Below are positions 62,233 to 64,000 of a DNA stretch of 64,000 nt, piece after piece. This DNA is from Opitutaceae bacterium. Its GTDB lineage: Bacteria; Verrucomicrobiota; Verrucomicrobiia; Opitutales; Opitutaceae. Within the stretch, counting starts at the first letter, position 1. Each line of letters opens with the position of its first letter. Position numbers and translations under genes: made by a program. The DNA is taken from positions 6,296,974 through 6,360,973 of the forward strand of contig OZ245769.1 in assembly GCA_965227745.1 (NCBI GenBank), in the 5' to 3' direction. Under the pieces are notes generated by a model. The model had not been told where the DNA came from and did no database searches. It saw nothing but the letters and a program-made list of their open reading frames with translations.

Positions 62233-62289
62233 TTCCAAATTCGATTTCGATTTCCTGTCTCAGGAAATCGTCATTCGTAATTCAAAAAA

Positions 62290-62736
62290 TCACGCCTTCC
62301 CGCCGTAGCTATAATAATCATCCATATCGAGGATGTCGGCGAAGGAGCGGATATCGTCGCGCTCGGATTTGTTGTCCTCGATCATGCTCGCGGCCCACTT
62401 GTGGCCGGGTGCGCCGCCGGGACCGTGCTGCTCGACCCAGGCCGACCACGCCACGACCTCATACTTTTGGCGCTTCGACGTCTCATTGACCCAATTCAGG
62501 ATCTGCAGGTCCGTCTTGCCGCTCTTGATCTCGGCGAGCATCGCTTCCTGCGTGATGCCGGTGAAGGCGAAGAACAGCTGGTCGAGCGGGCAGTTGTAGT
62601 GGTAGTCACCGGCTTTGCCAGCGATCACGGCACGCGCCTTGTCGAGCAGGCGGCTCAAGTGGGCGTAGCCGCCGAGGCGGACGCGCAGGCTGCGCGGCGG
62701 ATGCTGGGTGAGATCGGGAGCGGAATAGTTGATCAT
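62290..62736 (-). CDS. DUF5069-like protein
   Basis: PRSLRVRLGGYAHLSRLLDKARA...GDYHYNCPLDQ... matches my recollection of DUF5069. Confidence 0.6.
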   Translation of the reverse strand: MINYSAPDLTQHPPRSLRVRLGGYAHLSRLLDKARAVIAGKAGDYHYNCPLDQLFFAFTGITQEAMLAEIKSGKTDLQILNWVNETSKRQKYEVVAWSAWVEQHGPGGAPGHKWAASMIEDNKSERDDIRSFADILDMDDYYSYGGKA

Positions 62737-62823
62737 GGACGAGTTATTTTATTTTCGTGGCGCGAGCCAAGGGGGGATCGCGTCCCTGCTTGAGGTGTGG
62801 AGACTGGCGGTTAAGTCAAATCG

Positions 62824-63195
62824 TTGCCCGTGAAAAACCAGAATGTCGTCCGCAATTACTACGTGCTGCCCTGCTGTCTGCTCCTGCTCAACCTCTGCGT
62901 CGAGCTCGTGAGCTACAAGGCCAAGATGATCGATGAGCCGCTCCTGCGCACGGCCGCGATCATGGGCATGGTGCTCTTCGGCGCCTCGTTCGTCGGCTTC
63001 GTCATGGCTCCCGCCATCGGCCTGCTCATCGTCTGGATGCAGCGCAGCAGCCGCCAAAACTGGGGCGGCCTCGGCGAGGCGCTGTTTCTCGTCGTGCTGG
63101 GCTTCGTGATCTTCTGGCTCTACTACCAGATTTATATCGTGGGGCCGGAATCGGTGCTGCCGAAGGAGTGGCATAATCCGATGGGGAAGGGGTAA
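62824..63195 (+). CDS. small membrane protein, hypothetical
   Basis: Three hydrophobic helices; the start codon is TTG/other per the ORF track; no family recognised. Confidence 0.45.
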   Translation: MPVKNQNVVRNYYVLPCCLLLLNLCVELVSYKAKMIDEPLLRTAAIMGMVLFGASFVGFVMAPAIGLLIVWMQRSSRQNWGGLGEALFLVVLGFVIFWLYYQIYIVGPESVLPKEWHNPMGKG

Positions 63196-63322
63196 GGCAG
63201 GAAGGAAGGGGATGAATTACGAATGACGAATGACGAATGGCGGCCGGTGAAGGGCAGAGAGCGGAAAGGCTAGAGCTGAGAGCGGGATGTCGGAGGCTCG
63301 GGCGAGGCGGCGGCTTGAGAGG

Positions 63323-63389
63323 GTGGGAGGGGCTTTGTGCCCCGACTGTGTGCGGACGCGGGTGAGTCGGGGCATAAAGCCCCTCCCAC
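63323..63389. repeat. REP-like 24-bp inverted repeat GTGGGAGGGGCTTTGTGCCCCGAC / GTCGGGGCATAAAGCCCCTCCCAC
   Basis: Arms at 63323-63346 and 63366-63389, one mismatch, 19-nt spacer. Confidence 0.8.
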
Positions 63390-63446
63390 AGTTTTCGATT
63401 CTCTCCGGTCTCGTCGCGTGGCGCGCGACTGGCTACGGTGCGGGGT

Positions 63447-64000
63447 ATGAAGCGTGTCCTGCTTTTTCTTTTTTTCTCGGTCGCAGTGGCATCGGCGATG
63501 ATGCGGGCGCAAACGCCTGCGCCGGCGCAAGCGGCGACGGTGGCGGCTGGAGCGTCATCAGTGCCCGAGGCGGCGGTGGTGTGGTTGAAACCGGCGCGCG
63601 TCTTCGACGGTGAGGCGATGCACGAGGGCTGGGTGGTGGTGGTGCGCGGGGATAAGATTTTATCGGCGGGGCCGGTGAACGCGGTGCGGCCGCCGGACGG
63701 AGCGGCGGTGAAGACGGTGGAGTTGCCGGGTGCGACGCTGTTGCCGGGGCTCATCGATGTACACAGCCACGTGCTGCTGCATCCTTACAACGAGACGTCG
63801 TGGAACGACCAGGTGGCGCGCGAATCGCTTTCGCTGCGCGTGGTGCGCGCGACGAATCACCTGCGGGCGACGCTGCAGGCGGGCTTTACGACGCTGCGCG
63901 ATCTCGGCACGGAGGGCGCGGCGTTTGCGGATGTGGGCATCAAGCAGGCGGTCGAGCAGGGCCTCATGCCGGGTCCGCGCATGCTGGTCGTCACCAAGGC
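63447..64000 (+). CDS. secreted amidohydrolase-family protein (metal-dependent hydrolase), 5' part
   Basis: Own translation from ATG 63447: MKRVLLFLFFSVAVASAMMRAQ...LPGLIDVHSHVLL...TTLRDLGTEG (HxH metal motif). It continues beyond the window end. Confidence 0.8.
   Translation, partial: MKRVLLFLFFSVAVASAMMRAQTPAPAQAATVAAGASSVPEAAVVWLKPARVFDGEAMHEGWVVVVRGDKILSAGPVNAVRPPDGAAVKTVELPGATLLPGLIDVHSHVLLHPYNETSWNDQVARESLSLRVVRATNHLRATLQAGFTTLRDLGTEGAAFADVGIKQAVEQGLMPGPRMLVVTK

Larger units (their letters stand above)
61718..62283. repeat. 566-bp gene-free segment bounded by perfect 16-bp inverted repeats GAATTACGAATGACGA
   Basis: Left arm 61718-61733, right arm (reverse complement) 62268-62283, third direct copy at 63214-63229. 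The interior is built from ACGAAT-type stutters (61696-61750, 61878-61910, 62238-62285), copy 2 of the 60-nt repeat, and a terminator. Confidence 0.7.

Noticed and set aside
61677-62289. Checked whether the long spacer hides tmRNA, RNase P RNA or 6S RNA
   Set aside because: I could not find the RNase P CR-I/CR-V motifs (GGAAAGUCC, ACAGAACCCGGCUUA), a tmRNA tag ORF with a tRNA-like 3' end, or a 6S-like long imperfect helix. The sequence is explained by repeats.
29008-63239. Stutter repeats considered as possible CRISPR arrays
   Set aside because: The units are 7-9 nt with no constant 25-40-nt repeats separated by unique spacers, and no cas genes are present.
1-64000. Searched intergenic regions for tRNA/rRNA genes, transposases, integrases and prophage genes
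   Set aside because: I saw no T-loop-type GGTTCGAATCC-like motifs or cloverleaf candidates, no rRNA-like conserved blocks, and no DDE or tyrosine-recombinase-like ORFs.

Overview
High-GC (about two-thirds G+C by eye), densely coding bacterial chromosomal segment. I call about 58 protein genes, one ncRNA (small SRP RNA) and several intrinsic terminators. I found no tRNA, rRNA, CRISPR array, transposase or integrase. Gene content and the style of the intergenic repeats suggest a Verrucomicrobiota/Opitutales-like organism; this is inference only.

Housekeeping genes recognised from motifs: sucA (5' part), yciH/SUI1, ogg, metF, rlmN, leuA, dnaX, rlmJ, an OppA-like binding protein, a GldA/F/G-like ABC system, Hsp20, a MazG-like protein and three ECF sigma factors.

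Most noteworthy observations:
1. dnaX terminates just after an in-phase A_AAA_AAG heptamer inside an A10 run, and a tau-like C-terminal ORF continues in the -1 frame.
2. A 16-kb co-directional locus (8968-24705) joins a translationally coupled 10-gene MoxR/DUF58/DUF4350/DUF4129/SpoIIM-like/RDD cluster to an ECF sigma, an anti-sigma-vWA protein and a paralogous single-polypeptide sigma-like/anti-sigma/vWA fusion. The cluster includes two membrane proteins with an identical B-box-like Cys/His spacing.
3. Two tandem paralogous small ORFs sit upstream of a GMC-oxidoreductase pair. Their conserved residues differ almost only at synonymous third positions.
4. There are low-GC islets, one carrying an orphan PD-(D/E)XK-like gene.
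5. The intergenic space holds many hairpin-forming, quasi-periodic repeats, nested palindromes and MITE-like segments.

All family assignments come from reading motifs in the translations. No database search was run.
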